Shown here piece after piece: positions 37,084 to 47,427 of a stretch of 64,000 nt of DNA. A model generated the notes under the pieces. The model searched no databases. It was not told the origin of the DNA and saw nothing but the letters and a program-made list of their open reading frames with translations. The DNA is taken from positions 1,984,001 through 2,048,000 of the forward strand of contig OY762926.1 of NCBI GenBank assembly GCA_963666735.1. Reading direction: 5' to 3'. The stretch is from Gemmatimonadota bacterium (GTDB lineage: Bacteria > Gemmatimonadota > Gemmatimonadetes > Palauibacterales > Palauibacteraceae). Each line of letters begins with the position of its first letter. Within the stretch, counting starts at the first letter, position 1. The position numbers and the translations under genes are program-made.

Positions 37084-39564
37084 CTACGAAACCACGAGGT
37101 TGAGCATACGGTCCGGGACGTGGATCACCTTCCGGATCGCGACCCCGTCGAGGCGCCGGATCACGTTCGCCTCGGCCAGCGCCGCCTCGCGCACGACGTC
37201 TTCGGGGGCTCCGCGCGCGACCCGGATCGTCGCCCGCAGCCGGCCGTTCACCTGGACCGGGAGTTCGACCTCGTCGACCACGAGCTTGCTCTCGTCCCAG
37301 GCCGGCCACTCGGCGTGATCGAAGATGCTCGACTCACCGCCGAGCCGGACCCACAACTCCTCGGCGATGTGGGGCGCGACCGGCGCGATCATGATCACGA
37401 GCGGCCGCACCTCGTCGACCGAGGCCGTGCGCCCGCCGGCGCGCAAGGTGTTCAGGTAGTCCATCGCGGCGGCGACCGCCGTGTTGTAGCTCAGCGCCTC
37501 GAGGTCCTCCGAGATCTGTTTGATCCCGGCGTGCAGCGCCCGCTCGACGCCGGGATCGTCGAATCCCGTGCGCCCCGCCTCGGCCGCGGCCGTCACGCTG
37601 TCCCACACCTTCTTCAGGAAGCGCTGGGGCCCGGCCAGACCGCTGTCGCGGAAATCCCCGCCCCGCTGGAAGGGGCCGAGGAACATCAGGTACATGCGGA
37701 ACGTGTCCGCGCCGAACCGCGCGATGTATTCGTCGGGCAGGATCACGTTGCCGCGCGACTTCGAGATCTTGGCGCCGTCCCTGATGAGCAGGCCGTGCTT
37801 GCGGAAGCGGTGGTACGGCTCCTCGAACTCGAGGTGCCCGAGATCGTGCAGCACCATCGTGAGGAAGCGTGAGTAGAGGAGGTGGAGGACGGAGTGCTCC
37901 TCGCCGCCGATGTAGCTGCTGACGGGTAGCCACTTCCGCATCCGCGCGGGGTCGAACGGCCGGTCGTCGAACTCGGTCGAGGGGTAGCGCAGGAAGTACC
38001 AGCCCGAATCGAGGAAGGTGTCGGATACATCGGTCTCGCGCCGGGCATTGGCGCCGCACGCCGGACACGCCGCGGCGTGGAAGGCCGGGTCGCGCGCGAG
38101 CGGACTCACGCCCGTCGCCGTGGGGCGGAAGTCCTCCACGTACGGGAGGACGACGGGGAGGTCCTCCTCCGGCACCGCCTGCGGGCCGCAGTCGTCGCAA
38201 TAGATGATGGGGATCGGCGGCCCCCAGTACCGCTGCCGGGAGATGCACCAGTCGTGCAGCCGGTAGTTGACCTCGGCCGCCGCGAGCCCGCGCTCCGCCA
38301 GCCACTCGGTCATCGCCCGCCCGCCCGCGTCGGCCTCCATCCCGCTGAAACGTCCGGAGTTCACGAGAATCTCATCGGCGGTGTGCTCGACGAAGGCGGT
38401 CTCCGCCTCGACTCCGCCGACATCCGCGGGATCCGCACCCTCCGGGAGCGCCGCGCGGGAGCAGACGACCTGAACGATGGACAATCCGAACTGTCGCGCG
38501 AAATCGAAGTCCCGCTGATCGTGTCCGGGCACGGCCATGATCGCGCCGGTGCCGTAGTCCATGAGGACGTAGTCGGCGATCCACACGGGAAGGTCCTCCC
38601 CGGTGGCCGGGTTCCGCGCGTACCCGCCCGTGAAGACGCCGGTCTTCTCGCGATCGTCCGTCTTCTGTCGCTCCACCAGGTCCACGGTTGCGGCCGCGCG
38701 CACGTAGGCTTCCACGTCGGCGCGCCGTTCGTCCGCCGTGAGCCGCCCGACCAGGGGATGCTCCGGCGCAAGCACCATGAAGGTCGCCCCGAACAGCGTG
38801 TCGGGACGCGTCGTGAACACCTCGATCCGATCCCCGGCGCCTTCCGCCCCATCCCCGGCGCCCGAGAGCGGAAAGTGCAGCCGCGCGCCCTCGGAGCGGC
38901 CGATCCAGTTGCGCTGGGCCGTCTTCGTCGTATCGGACCAGTCGATCCAGTCCAGGTTGTCGAGCAGCCGCTGTGCGTAGTCCGTGATCCGGAAGAACCA
39001 CTGGCTCAGCATCCTCTGCTCGACCGCGGTGTCGCACCGTTCGCACAGGCCGGCGATCACCTGCTCGTTCGCGAGGACCGTCTGATCCTTCGGACACCAG
39101 TTGACCGCCGCCTCCTTCTTCTCGGCCAGGCCCGCCTTGAAGAGCTGGATGAAGATCCACTGCGTCCACTTGTAGTAGCGCGGATCCGTCGTATCGACGG
39201 TGCGGGACCAGTCCGTCATGAGGCCCGCCCCCCTCAGCATCCGCTCGAAGTTCCGGATGTTCGAGGGGATCAGCTCCATCGGGTGCGTGTCGACCTTGAG
39301 CGCGTGGTTCTCCGAGTGGATGCCGAACGCGTCGTATCCGATGGGCTCGAAGACGTCATCTCCCCGCAGGCGGCGGAAACGCCCGTAGATGTCGGCCCCC
39401 GTGAAGGCGTACAGGTTCCCGACGTGGAGCCCCTCGGCCGACGGATAGGGGTACATCATGAGGTTGAGGAACGGACGCGCCGCAGCGTCGAGGTCGGGCT
39501 CGTTCGTCCCGTTCTCCTCCCACCAGGTCTGCCACCGCAACTCGATGGCGCTTGGGTCGTACAT
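37084..39564 (-). CDS. leuS: Leucine--tRNA ligase
   Basis: MYPYPS..LHVGN, VFTTRPDTLFG, YGTGAIMAVPGHDQRD, DWCISRQRYWG, KISKS. Confidence 0.97.
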   Translation of the reverse strand: MYDPSAIELRWQTWWEENGTNEPDLDAAARPFLNLMMYPYPSAEGLHVGNLYAFTGADIYGRFRRLRGDDVFEPIGYDAFGIHSENHALKVDTHPMELIPSNIRNFERMLRGAGLMTDWSRTVDTTDPRYYKWTQWIFIQLFKAGLAEKKEAAVNWCPKDQTVLANEQVIAGLCERCDTAVEQRMLSQWFFRITDYAQRLLDNLDWIDWSDTTKTAQRNWIGRSEGARLHFPLSGAGDGAEGAGDRIEVFTTRPDTLFGATFMVLAPEHPLVGRLTADERRADVEAYVRAAATVDLVERQKTDDREKTGVFTGGYARNPATGEDLPVWIADYVLMDYGTGAIMAVPGHDQRDFDFARQFGLSIVQVVCSRAALPEGADPADVGGVEAETAFVEHTADEILVNSGRFSGMEADAGGRAMTEWLAERGLAAAEVNYRLHDWCISRQRYWGPPIPIIYCDDCGPQAVPEEDLPVVLPYVEDFRPTATGVSPLARDPAFHAAACPACGANARRETDVSDTFLDSGWYFLRYPSTEFDDRPFDPARMRKWLPVSSYIGGEEHSVLHLLYSRFLTMVLHDLGHLEFEEPYHRFRKHGLLIRDGAKISKSRGNVILPDEYIARFGADTFRMYLMFLGPFQRGGDFRDSGLAGPQRFLKKVWDSVTAAAEAGRTGFDDPGVERALHAGIKQISEDLEALSYNTAVAAAMDYLNTLRAGGRTASVDEVRPLVIMIAPVAPHIAEELWVRLGGESSIFDHAEWPAWDESKLVVDEVELPVQVNGRLRATIRVARGAPEDVVREAALAEANVIRRLDGVAIRKVIHVPDRMLNLVVS

Positions 39565-39687
39565 GAGTCGCGGGTCCGCTCCGTCTACGGGATCACGCCG
39601 GGGAGATGCACGAGACGGCGGCACCCTGCGGAGATCGCCGTCCGGCCGCACAAGATGGGGCCGGAACGGCGACCGAACAACTTGCGG

Positions 39688-40095
39688 CTAGTCTTCCCGG
39701 CCGGGGCCGGGGACCATGTGGTCCAGGCTGAACTTGCCGTTGCCCGTCGTCCACAGGAAGAGGAAGATGGCGCAGTACAGGACGGCGAGTTCTCCGCCGT
39801 TCACGATCGGCCAGAATTCCATCTCGCGGGCGAAGAAGTGTCGCCACCAGTAGACCACGGCGAAGTGCCCCGTGAGGAGGAAGGCGACCCAGCGCGTCCG
39901 GATCCCGAGGATGATGAGGATCGGCGGGAAGAACTCGATGATGCCCGCAATGCCCACGGGCCACGAGAACCAGTTGCCGACGGCTTCCCTTCCGAACATG
40001 CCGAGGAGCTTCTGGGCTCCGTGCTGCCATAGCATGAGGCCGGCTGTGACCCGGAGCACGGCGTGGGTGGTTTCCTTCGAGACAGGTGCATTCAT
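39688..40095 (-). CDS. DoxX-family membrane protein
   Basis: LRVTAGLMLWQHGAQKLLG, GIRTR, PIVNGGELA. Confidence 0.88.
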   Translation of the reverse strand: MNAPVSKETTHAVLRVTAGLMLWQHGAQKLLGMFGREAVGNWFSWPVGIAGIIEFFPPILIILGIRTRWVAFLLTGHFAVVYWWRHFFAREMEFWPIVNGGELAVLYCAIFLFLWTTGNGKFSLDHMVPGPGRED

Positions 40096-40170
40096 GGCGC
40101 CTCCCATGCGCTGGGCTCCGGCGTCCGAGGCCGCTTGCAGGCCCGGAAGTGCCGCCGTAGCCTTGCGACC

Positions 40171-40848
40171 ATGATGCCGGTTGATTCTCCGCGCGCACAA
40201 GACGGAACGTTCGAGGGCGAAATCCCCGTTCGCATTCCGCTGGCCCTTCTGCTGACCCTCAGGGACCTCGACACGCCCGATGATCCGCGGGAACTCGAGG
40301 AAGTGGACCTCTCCCTGAACCTGCGGCGGCGGCTGGGGCTTTCGAGTGTCGTGCTCAAGCAGATTCGCCGCTACGAGGAGTACGACGGGGAGGTGGGCGC
40401 CGCCGAAGTGGCGAGCCTGTTCGAACTCATCGCCAAGCGGATCGATGCTCCGGAGATCTTCGCCTCGACGGGACGCCGGATCACGCTCGAGGCTTTCGGC
40501 CCCAATGCGCGCGTGACCCTTCGCTTCGGGTGGCGGCTGATCCCTCTCGGTCTCCGCCGGATCCTCGCCTGGAGGCGAGTGAAGAGAATCGCCCGCCGTC
40601 TCAGCCCCTCATCGGAGGTCCGGATTGCGAAGGGGATGAACCGGCTCGTGATCGAACGCGGCCTCCCCGCGCTGTCCACGGCCGGCAAGGGCGGACGCGG
40701 CTGCGAGATCCTGTCCGGGATCATCGACGAGTCGTTCCGGACGTATCGGGCAGGGGCGGGCGACGTGTCGCACCCACAGTGCGAAGCCTCCGGCGACGAT
40801 CACTGCCTGTGGGTCTTCGAGGCGACCCCGAGCGCGAACCCGGACTGA
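40171..40848 (+). CDS. Hypothetical protein with C-terminal V4R-like domain
   Basis: GCEILSGII...VSHPQCEASGDDHCLWVF resembles the V4R Cys pattern. Confidence 0.65.
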   Translation: MMPVDSPRAQDGTFEGEIPVRIPLALLLTLRDLDTPDDPRELEEVDLSLNLRRRLGLSSVVLKQIRRYEEYDGEVGAAEVASLFELIAKRIDAPEIFASTGRRITLEAFGPNARVTLRFGWRLIPLGLRRILAWRRVKRIARRLSPSSEVRIAKGMNRLVIERGLPALSTAGKGGRGCEILSGIIDESFRTYRAGAGDVSHPQCEASGDDHCLWVFEATPSANPD

Positions 40849-40881
40849 CTCCCGGCGTCGGATCGCGGCGCCGGCGTCGGA

Positions 40882-41775
40882 TCAACCGTCTCCGTGCCGT
40901 CCGTCCACCTGCGGTTCGACGTGCACGGTCACGTCGGTGAATCCGATCTGGGCGGCGACCCGCCGCTCCACTTCATCGGCGATTTCGTGGGCGCTGACCA
41001 CCGTTTCGCCGGGTGCGACCTGGACCGTGAGTTCCGCGAAGCGCCCGACCGACTGCCCGCGCGAACGCACCCGGGTCACGGCCCGCACGCCGGGCACCCG
41101 GCTCGCCACGCCTTCGATCTCCCGCGGATCGACGGCCCGCTCGTCGACGAGGACGGGGACGGTCTCGCGGAAGATCTTGTAGCCGGAACGGGCCACGACG
41201 AGCGCCACGACGAGGGCGAGCCATGCATCGGCCGCGGCCCAGCCCGTCCAGTCGGTGATCGCCAGCCCGACCAGGACTCCGGCCGTCACCAGGACGTCGG
41301 ACGCCGTGTGCCGCGCGTCCGCCGCGAGGATCTCGCTCGACAACCTCCGGCTCGCCCGCGCTTCGCCCAGCGCAACGGCCGTGTTCACGACGATGACGGC
41401 GGTGAGCACGACCAGCATCTCGGGCTGGATGCCGGGGGGAGCGCCGCCCCGAACGAGGCGGCCGAGCGCGCTCTGTACGAGTTCGAAGCAGGTGACCGAG
41501 AGGAAGGCGGCGACGGCCAGCGCCGCGAGCGTCTCGAACTTGCCGTGTCCGTAGGGATGTTCGGCGTCCGGCGGGGCGGCCGCGAGGCGCATCGCGGCAA
41601 GGCCCACGACGTTGTTGATCGCATCGACGCCGGAATGGGCCGCGTCGCCCAGCACGGCGATCGACCCCGAGCGCAGCCCCACGATCAGCTTCGCCGCGAT
41701 CACCGCCACGTTCGCGAGCAGCACCCACAGGAGGATGCGGCGCACTTGTCCGTGGCGCTCCGCGGGCGAATTCAC
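40882..41775 (-). CDS. Cation diffusion facilitator (FieF-like)
   Basis: DAAHSGVD, PPDAEHPYGHGKFE, DARHTASD, VHVEP. Confidence 0.93.
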   Translation of the reverse strand: MNSPAERHGQVRRILLWVLLANVAVIAAKLIVGLRSGSIAVLGDAAHSGVDAINNVVGLAAMRLAAAPPDAEHPYGHGKFETLAALAVAAFLSVTCFELVQSALGRLVRGGAPPGIQPEMLVVLTAVIVVNTAVALGEARASRRLSSEILAADARHTASDVLVTAGVLVGLAITDWTGWAAADAWLALVVALVVARSGYKIFRETVPVLVDERAVDPREIEGVASRVPGVRAVTRVRSRGQSVGRFAELTVQVAPGETVVSAHEIADEVERRVAAQIGFTDVTVHVEPQVDGRHGDG

Positions 41776-41785
41776 CGCCTCGGAC

Positions 41786-42106
41786 TCATCGCTTGAAGCG
41801 ACGCCCCCGGCTGAAGTCCGGTTTCGAGGAGTACGGCTCGAGCCCTTCCGCCTCGCCGTCTCCCTCGTCTTCTCCCTCTTCGACTTCCCCCTCCCGCAGC
41901 ACCGCGTCGAAGCGGCTCGAACGGGCGCGCTGCCGCCCCCCCAGCAACCAGCGCCAGGGCGAATCGCGCGGCGCCCTGCCCGTCGGCGCATGCTTGTCGT
42001 AGAGCCCCGGAGAGCCGAGCCCCACCCAGATGCCGAAGGCGAGGGCGAGGACCGCGCCCAGAGAGCCGGCGATGATCAGGATCCGGGCCAGCGTGTCTTC
42101 GGTCAT
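41786..42106 (-). CDS. Small hypothetical protein with N-terminal TM helix
   Basis: 106 aa; hydrophobic N-terminus and acidic tail; co-oriented with the CDF gene. Confidence 0.55.
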   Translation of the reverse strand: MTEDTLARILIIAGSLGAVLALAFGIWVGLGSPGLYDKHAPTGRAPRDSPWRWLLGGRQRARSSRFDAVLREGEVEEGEDEGDGEAEGLEPYSSKPDFSRGRRFKR

Positions 42107-42282
42107 GAAACTCCGCGCTTGGTCGCGCTGGTGCGTGGGGTGCTTGCCTGCGCCGCGGGGCGTCGTCTACTGTCACGCGGAGCAGCCCCCGGCCGGCTCG
42201 CTGGTGTCGACACTAGATGGCGCCCCCGGCGGCCCCGTGACAAGCGCGCCGGCCTGGTTCCCCCTCCGATTCGAGCGATTCC

Positions 42283-44268
42283 ATGACCGAACAGCACCGG
42301 GAAATCGATGTCCTGCTGGACGAACAGAGGACTTTCGAGCCGTCGGCGGACTTCGTCGCGGCGGCCCACGTGGGCGATCGCAGCCCGTACGGCGAAGCCG
42401 GCCGGGACCGCGAGATGTACTGGGAGACGTGGGCGCGCGAACTCGACTGGTTCACGCCCTGGAACCGCGTCCTGGAGTGGGATCCGCCGTTCTCGAAGTG
42501 GTTCGTGGGTGGCACGCTCAACGCCGCGTACAACTGCCTGGACCGCCACCTCGAGACGCGCGGTTCGAAGGCGGCGCTCATCTGGGAGGGCGAGCCGGGC
42601 GATGTGCGGCGCTACACCTACCGCGAGTTGCACGAGGAGGTGGGCCGCTTCGCGAACGCGCTCCAGGGGCTCGGCATCGGGAAGGGAGACCGGGTCGCGA
42701 TCTATCTCCCCATGGTCCCGGAAGCCGCCATCGCCATGCTCGCCTGTGCGCGCATCGGCGCCCCGCATTCCGTCGTCTTCGGAGGCTTCTCGCCGCAGTC
42801 CCTGCGCGACCGGATCGAGGACGCCCATGCCACGTGCGTGATCACGGCGGACGGAGGATATCGCCGCGGCGGGATCATTCCTCTCAAGGCGAGCACGGAC
42901 ACCGCGATCGAGGGTCTCGACTACGTGAAGAGCGTCGTCGTCGTCCAGCGCTCCGCCGTGACCGACCCCGAGGCCGCGCCGCACGGAGACCGGGTGGACA
43001 CGCCATCGTGCGAGATGGCCGAAGGCCGGGACCACTGGTACCACGAACTGATCGCCGCGGCGGACGCCGAGTGCCCCGCCGAGCCGATGGATTCGGAGGA
43101 CCTGCTCTACATCCTCTATACTTCCGGGACGACGGGGAAGCCGAAGGGCGTGATGCACACGACCGGCGGCTACATGACGCACGTGACCGCGACCGCGAAA
43201 TGGGTGTTCGACCTCGGGGAGGACGACATCTACTGGTGCACGGCGGACGTGGGCTGGGTGACGGGCCACTCCTACATCGTGTACGGCCCGCTCTCGAACG
43301 GGGCGACGGTGGTGATGTACGAGGGATCGCCCGACTGGCCCGACCGCGGCCGCTTCTGGGACCTGTGCGAGAGCTACGCGGTGACGGTGTTCTACACGGC
43401 GCCGACGGCGATCCGCGCCTTCATGAGGTGGGGGGACGACTGGCCGGCGGGCTACAACCTTTCCAAGCTCCGGCTGCTCGGAACGGTGGGCGAACCCATC
43501 AACCCCGAGGCGTGGGTCTGGTACGACCGCCACATCGGGGGCGGCCGCTGTCCGATCGTCGACACGTGGTGGCAGACGGAGACGGGCGGAATCATGATCA
43601 CGCCGCTCCCGGGGGCGATCGTCACGAAACCGGGGACGGCGACGGTCCCCTTCCCCGGCATCGAGGCGGCGATCCTCGACGAAGAAGGGAACCCGGCGGA
43701 GTCCGGCTACCTGGCGATCACGTCGCCGTGGCCGGGGATGCTGCGCGGGGTGTGGGGAGACGAGGAACGCTACCGCGAGACCTACTGGTCGAAGTGGCCC
43801 GACATCTACTTCCCCGGCGACGGGGCGCGGGTGGACGAGGACGGCTACTACTGGATCATGGGCCGCGTCGATGACGTGTTGAACGTGGCCGGGCACCGGA
43901 TCGGGACGATGGAGGTGGAGTCCGCGCTGGTCGACCACGAGACGGTGGCGGAAGCGGCGGTGGTCGGGCGTTCGGACGAGATCAAGGGACAGGCGGTGGC
44001 CGCGTTCGTGAGCGTGGTGGAGGGGACGGAGACCTCCGAAGCGCTGCGCCGGGAACTGCGGGGGCACGTCGCCGCACAGATCGGGGCCATCGCGCGACCG
44101 GCCGACCTCATCTTCGCGGCCGAACTGCCGAAGACCCGCAGCGGTAAGATCATGCGGCGCCTCCTGCGCGACGTGGCGGAGGGACGGGCGCTGGGCGACA
44201 CGACGACGCTCGCCGATCCCGCCGTGGTGAGAAGCCTGCAGCAACAGTTCGCCGACAGCGAGGGCTAA
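42283..44268 (+). CDS. acs: Acetyl-CoA synthetase
   Basis: [46 protein letters not shown]. Confidence 0.97.
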   Translation: MTEQHREIDVLLDEQRTFEPSADFVAAAHVGDRSPYGEAGRDREMYWETWARELDWFTPWNRVLEWDPPFSKWFVGGTLNAAYNCLDRHLETRGSKAALIWEGEPGDVRRYTYRELHEEVGRFANALQGLGIGKGDRVAIYLPMVPEAAIAMLACARIGAPHSVVFGGFSPQSLRDRIEDAHATCVITADGGYRRGGIIPLKASTDTAIEGLDYVKSVVVVQRSAVTDPEAAPHGDRVDTPSCEMAEGRDHWYHELIAAADAECPAEPMDSEDLLYILYTSGTTGKPKGVMHTTGGYMTHVTATAKWVFDLGEDDIYWCTADVGWVTGHSYIVYGPLSNGATVVMYEGSPDWPDRGRFWDLCESYAVTVFYTAPTAIRAFMRWGDDWPAGYNLSKLRLLGTVGEPINPEAWVWYDRHIGGGRCPIVDTWWQTETGGIMITPLPGAIVTKPGTATVPFPGIEAAILDEEGNPAESGYLAITSPWPGMLRGVWGDEERYRETYWSKWPDIYFPGDGARVDEDGYYWIMGRVDDVLNVAGHRIGTMEVESALVDHETVAEAAVVGRSDEIKGQAVAAFVSVVEGTETSEALRRELRGHVAAQIGAIARPADLIFAAELPKTRSGKIMRRLLRDVAEGRALGDTTTLADPAVVRSLQQQFADSEG

Positions 44269-44322
44269 CAGCCAACCGGGAGAGCCCGCCACGCCATCGA
44301 CCGCCCGCAGCCGCCGACGCCC

Positions 44323-45558
44323 ATGATCCCGCGCTCGCCGGACACCGGTTCGCGGAGAGCGGGTCAGCTCGCGCTGCTCGCGCTGGTCGATTTGCTCGCG
44401 ATGAGCCTCTGGTTCTCGGCCAGCGCGGTCGTGCCGGAGTTGCGCGACGCGTGGGACCTGGACGACGCGGGCGCGGCGTGGCTCACGACGTCGGTCCAAC
44501 TCGGTTTCGCTACGGGCGCGGTCCTCTCGGCGCTGCTCACGCTCTCCGACGTGTGGGACCCACGCCGGCTCATCGCGGGGTCGGCCCTCATCGGGGCGGC
44601 CGCCACGGCCGCGATCGCGGTCTTCGCCGAAGGTCTCGTCCTCGCGGTCATCCTTCGTTTCGTGACCGGGATCGCCCTCGCGGGGGTCTATCCGCCCGGG
44701 ATGAAGATCGTGGCGGGTTGGTTCCGGTCTGGACGGGGGATGGCGATCGGGGTCCTCATCGGCGCCCTCTCGATCGGGAGTGCGTCGCCGCATCTCCTGC
44801 GGCCCCTCGGAGGGATCGGCGCCTGGCAGCCGGTGCTCCTGCTCGCCTCGGGCCTCGCGGTCCTGGCGGCCGCCGTCGCCGCGACCGGACTGCAAGTGGG
44901 TCCCCACCAGGCGCCGGCCGCGCCCTTCGACCCGCGGGCGGTGCGCCGGATCCTCGGCGACCGCGCCTCGATGCTCGCCAACGGCGGCTATCTCGGGCAC
45001 ATGTGGGAACTCTTCGCCATGTGGACGTGGATCCCCGCCTTCCTCGCGGCGAGCTTCGCCGCGGACGCGAGCGCGGGCACGACTCCTTCGGTCGCCTCTT
45101 ACCTTGCGTTCGGGACGATTGCCGCCGGAGGGCTGGGCGCAGCCGTGGCCGGCATGCTCGCGGACCGCGTGGGACGGACGGCCGTGACGAGCTGGAGCAT
45201 GGTGGTGAGCGGCGCCTGCTGTCTGGCTATCGGACCCCTGTTCGGCGGTCCCGTCTGGCCGATCGCGGCGATCTGTTTCGTGTGGGGATTCGCAATCGTC
45301 GCCGACTCCGCGCAGTTCTCCGCCTGCGTGAGCGAGCTGGCCGAACCGGAATACGTCGGGACGGCGCTCACTCTGCAGACGGCCGTCGGCTTCCTGCTCA
45401 CGATCGCCACGATCCGCCTCATCCCGGTGTGGGAGGCGGCGCTGGGCTGGGAGTGGGCCTTCGCGCCCCTCGCCATCGGCCCGGCCCTCGGCACCTGGAG
45501 CATGCTCGCGCTGCGCCGGCGTCCCGAAGCCGCCCTAATTGCCGGAGGCCGCCGCTAG
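44323..45558 (+). CDS. MFS transporter
   Basis: MSLWFSASAV, LAGVYPPGMK, GYLGHMWELFAMW, ADSAQFSA. Confidence 0.92.
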   Translation: MIPRSPDTGSRRAGQLALLALVDLLAMSLWFSASAVVPELRDAWDLDDAGAAWLTTSVQLGFATGAVLSALLTLSDVWDPRRLIAGSALIGAAATAAIAVFAEGLVLAVILRFVTGIALAGVYPPGMKIVAGWFRSGRGMAIGVLIGALSIGSASPHLLRPLGGIGAWQPVLLLASGLAVLAAAVAATGLQVGPHQAPAAPFDPRAVRRILGDRASMLANGGYLGHMWELFAMWTWIPAFLAASFAADASAGTTPSVASYLAFGTIAAGGLGAAVAGMLADRVGRTAVTSWSMVVSGACCLAIGPLFGGPVWPIAAICFVWGFAIVADSAQFSACVSELAEPEYVGTALTLQTAVGFLLTIATIRLIPVWEAALGWEWAFAPLAIGPALGTWSMLALRRRPEAALIAGGRR

Positions 45559-45569
45559 GTGCTGAACGA

Positions 45570-45598
45570 TTGCGGCGCGTAACGCTACACGCTACAGT
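45570..45598 (+). promoter_or_regulatory. Putative higBA promoter TTGCGG-N17-TACAGT with overlapping imperfect palindrome
   Basis: 17-bp spacing; GTAACG-N5-CGCTAC overlaps the spacer; ATG lies 6 nt after the -10 (leaderless-like). Confidence 0.5.
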
Positions 45599-45604
45599 CC
45601 ATCC

Positions 45605-45877
45605 ATGAGGATCCGGCACAAGGGACTCCGGGCGCTCCATGAGCGGGATGACCGGGCTCGGCTTCCGGCGCACCTGGTGCCGCGGCTTCGGCGAATTCTG
45701 TTCCGGCTGCAAGAAGCGACGCATCCCGGTAGCGCAGACGCTCCGGGTTTTCGGCTGCACCCGTTGAAGGGAGGTCGAGCGGGCCAATGGAGCGTGCGCG
45801 TGTCCGGCAATTGGCGCGTCGTGTTCCGCTTCGAGGACGGCGAGGTCGTGGACGTGGACCTGGTGGATTACCACTGA
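45605..45877 (+). CDS. higB: HigB (RelE/ParE family) toxin
   Basis: HKGLRAL, PGFRLHPLKG..GQWSVRVSGNWRVVFRF..VDLVDYH. Confidence 0.92.
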   Translation: MRIRHKGLRALHERDDRARLPAHLVPRLRRILFRLQEATHPGSADAPGFRLHPLKGGRAGQWSVRVSGNWRVVFRFEDGEVVDVDLVDYH

Positions 45878-45893
45878 GGGGGGAGGAAATGCG

Positions 45894-46208
45894 ATGAACG
45901 ACAGCGGCAAGCGCGGAGGTCCGATGCTGAATCCGCCGCACCTGGGCGAACTTGTCCGCGAAGGCATGGACGAGGTCGGCTGGAACGTGACTCGGACGGC
46001 GGCTCATCTGGGGTGCGAGCGCGGGACTTTATCGCGACTGCTGAACGGGAGGGCCGGCGTGTCGGCGAACATGGCGCTTGCCTTGGAGGCCATCGGCTGG
46101 GGCACGGCGGATCACTGGATGCGAATGCAGGCGAGCTATGAGCTTGCACAGGCACGAAGGGCACATGACTGGCGGGAGGACACGCGGGCGCACGAAGCCG
46201 TCCCATAG
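45894..46208 (+). CDS. higA: HigA-family HTH antitoxin
   Basis: NPPHLGELVRE, TLSRLLNG..VSANMALAL, WMRMQASYEL. Confidence 0.92.
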   Translation: MNDSGKRGGPMLNPPHLGELVREGMDEVGWNVTRTAAHLGCERGTLSRLLNGRAGVSANMALALEAIGWGTADHWMRMQASYELAQARRAHDWREDTRAHEAVP

Positions 46209-46317
46209 TAGCGCCGTGGCACGTCTCAGGGCGACGTGGGCGGTGGTTGTGGGCCTTGCGCGTACGGTCTACCGTGAGCACCGAGGCTCCTCCCCGTTCG
46301 AAACCTGGAGTACAGAC

Positions 46318-47106
46318 GTGAGACAACACAGCCGTTCGGGCAGATCCCGATCCATCGCCAAGGTGGCCGTGCTGGCCCTCGCCGCGAGCGCCGCCCCGGG
46401 GTGCGGGCAGGCGGAAGCCGGGTCACGGTCGGAGGGAGCGGTTGCGGAGGACGGTGCGGCCGCGTCGCAGGCGGCGGCGAACCGACTCTCGGCCGAGGAG
46501 GCGGCGGAGGGCTTCGAGCTCCTCTTCGACGGGGAATCGCTCGACGCGTGGCGCGGGTTCCGGATGGATGACGTGCCCGCGGGCTGGAGCGCAAAGGAGG
46601 GCGCGCTCGCCTTCACGCCCGGTGTCGGAGGCGGGACTCTGATCACGCGCGATACCTACACGGATTTCGATTTGCGCCTCGAGTGGAAGGTCGGCGAGGC
46701 CGGCAACAGCGGGATCTTCTTCGGAATCGTGGAGAGCACCGAGAGCACCTTTCAGTCGGGGCCGGAGATGCAGGTGCTCGACAACGCGGGGCACTACGAC
46801 GGAGGCGATCCACTCACGTCCGCGGGATCGAACTACGGTCTCCACGCGCCGCCGGAGGATGTGACGCGCCCGGTCGGCGAATGGAACGAGGTCCGCATCG
46901 TGCGCCACGGCAACCAGGTCGTGCACTGGCTCAACGGCGTGCAGGTCGTCGAGTACGAGATCGCCTCGCCCGAGTGGGAGGCGCTGGTGGCGGGCAGCAA
47001 GTTCATCCAGTGGCCCGACTACGGCCGGCACCACGATGGCCACCTCGGGCTTCAGGACCACGGCGACCCCGTCTGGTACCGCAACATCCGGGTCCGGCGC
47101 CTGTAG
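46318..47106 (+). CDS. DUF1080 (3-keto-disaccharide hydrolase-like) lipoprotein
   Basis: LLFDGESLDAW, NSGIFF, EMQVLDN, GEWN, LQDHGDPVWYRNI. Confidence 0.9.
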   Translation: MRQHSRSGRSRSIAKVAVLALAASAAPGCGQAEAGSRSEGAVAEDGAAASQAAANRLSAEEAAEGFELLFDGESLDAWRGFRMDDVPAGWSAKEGALAFTPGVGGGTLITRDTYTDFDLRLEWKVGEAGNSGIFFGIVESTESTFQSGPEMQVLDNAGHYDGGDPLTSAGSNYGLHAPPEDVTRPVGEWNEVRIVRHGNQVVHWLNGVQVVEYEIASPEWEALVAGSKFIQWPDYGRHHDGHLGLQDHGDPVWYRNIRVRRL

Positions 47107-47114
47107 CCGAGCTG

Positions 47115-47270
47115 TTAGTCGGGATACGCTCCGCAGACCGCCCGAACCTCGCCCGTCACTTCTGAGCGGATCACGTTTTCACCGTTGCAGGGATCCGACG
47201 GGTTCTTGCATCCCGCCACACAGGAAACGACAAGAAGCAGCAACACGCCCACCTTCTGTTTCGCGACCAC
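47115..47270 (-). CDS. Small predicted lipoprotein, 51 aa (not in ORF track)
   Basis: GTG start with GAGGA upstream; MVAKQKVGVLLLLVVSCVAG/CKNPSDPCNGENVIRSEVTGEVRAVCGAYPD. Confidence 0.55.
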   Translation of the reverse strand: MVAKQKVGVLLLLVVSCVAGCKNPSDPCNGENVIRSEVTGEVRAVCGAYPD

Positions 47271-47427
47271 GAAGCATCATCCTCGGTCCTGGTATCCGGC
47301 TCCCATCCCACTCACCCAACGTCCATCTCGGCTCCCGTGTGACGGCCTCGAGACCAGATCGCCGGCCGCAGCTGCGCGCCGCAGGGAACCCGACCGCAAG
47401 GTGGCAACCGGGCGTAAGAGAACGGAC

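Noticed and set aside
42103..45000. 965-aa antisense ORF and similar long shadow ORFs (e.g. 26-1774, 19674-21989, 30973-33138, 38077-40032)
   Set aside because: Antisense or off-frame shadows of well-supported genes; stop-codon scarcity is expected at this GC content.
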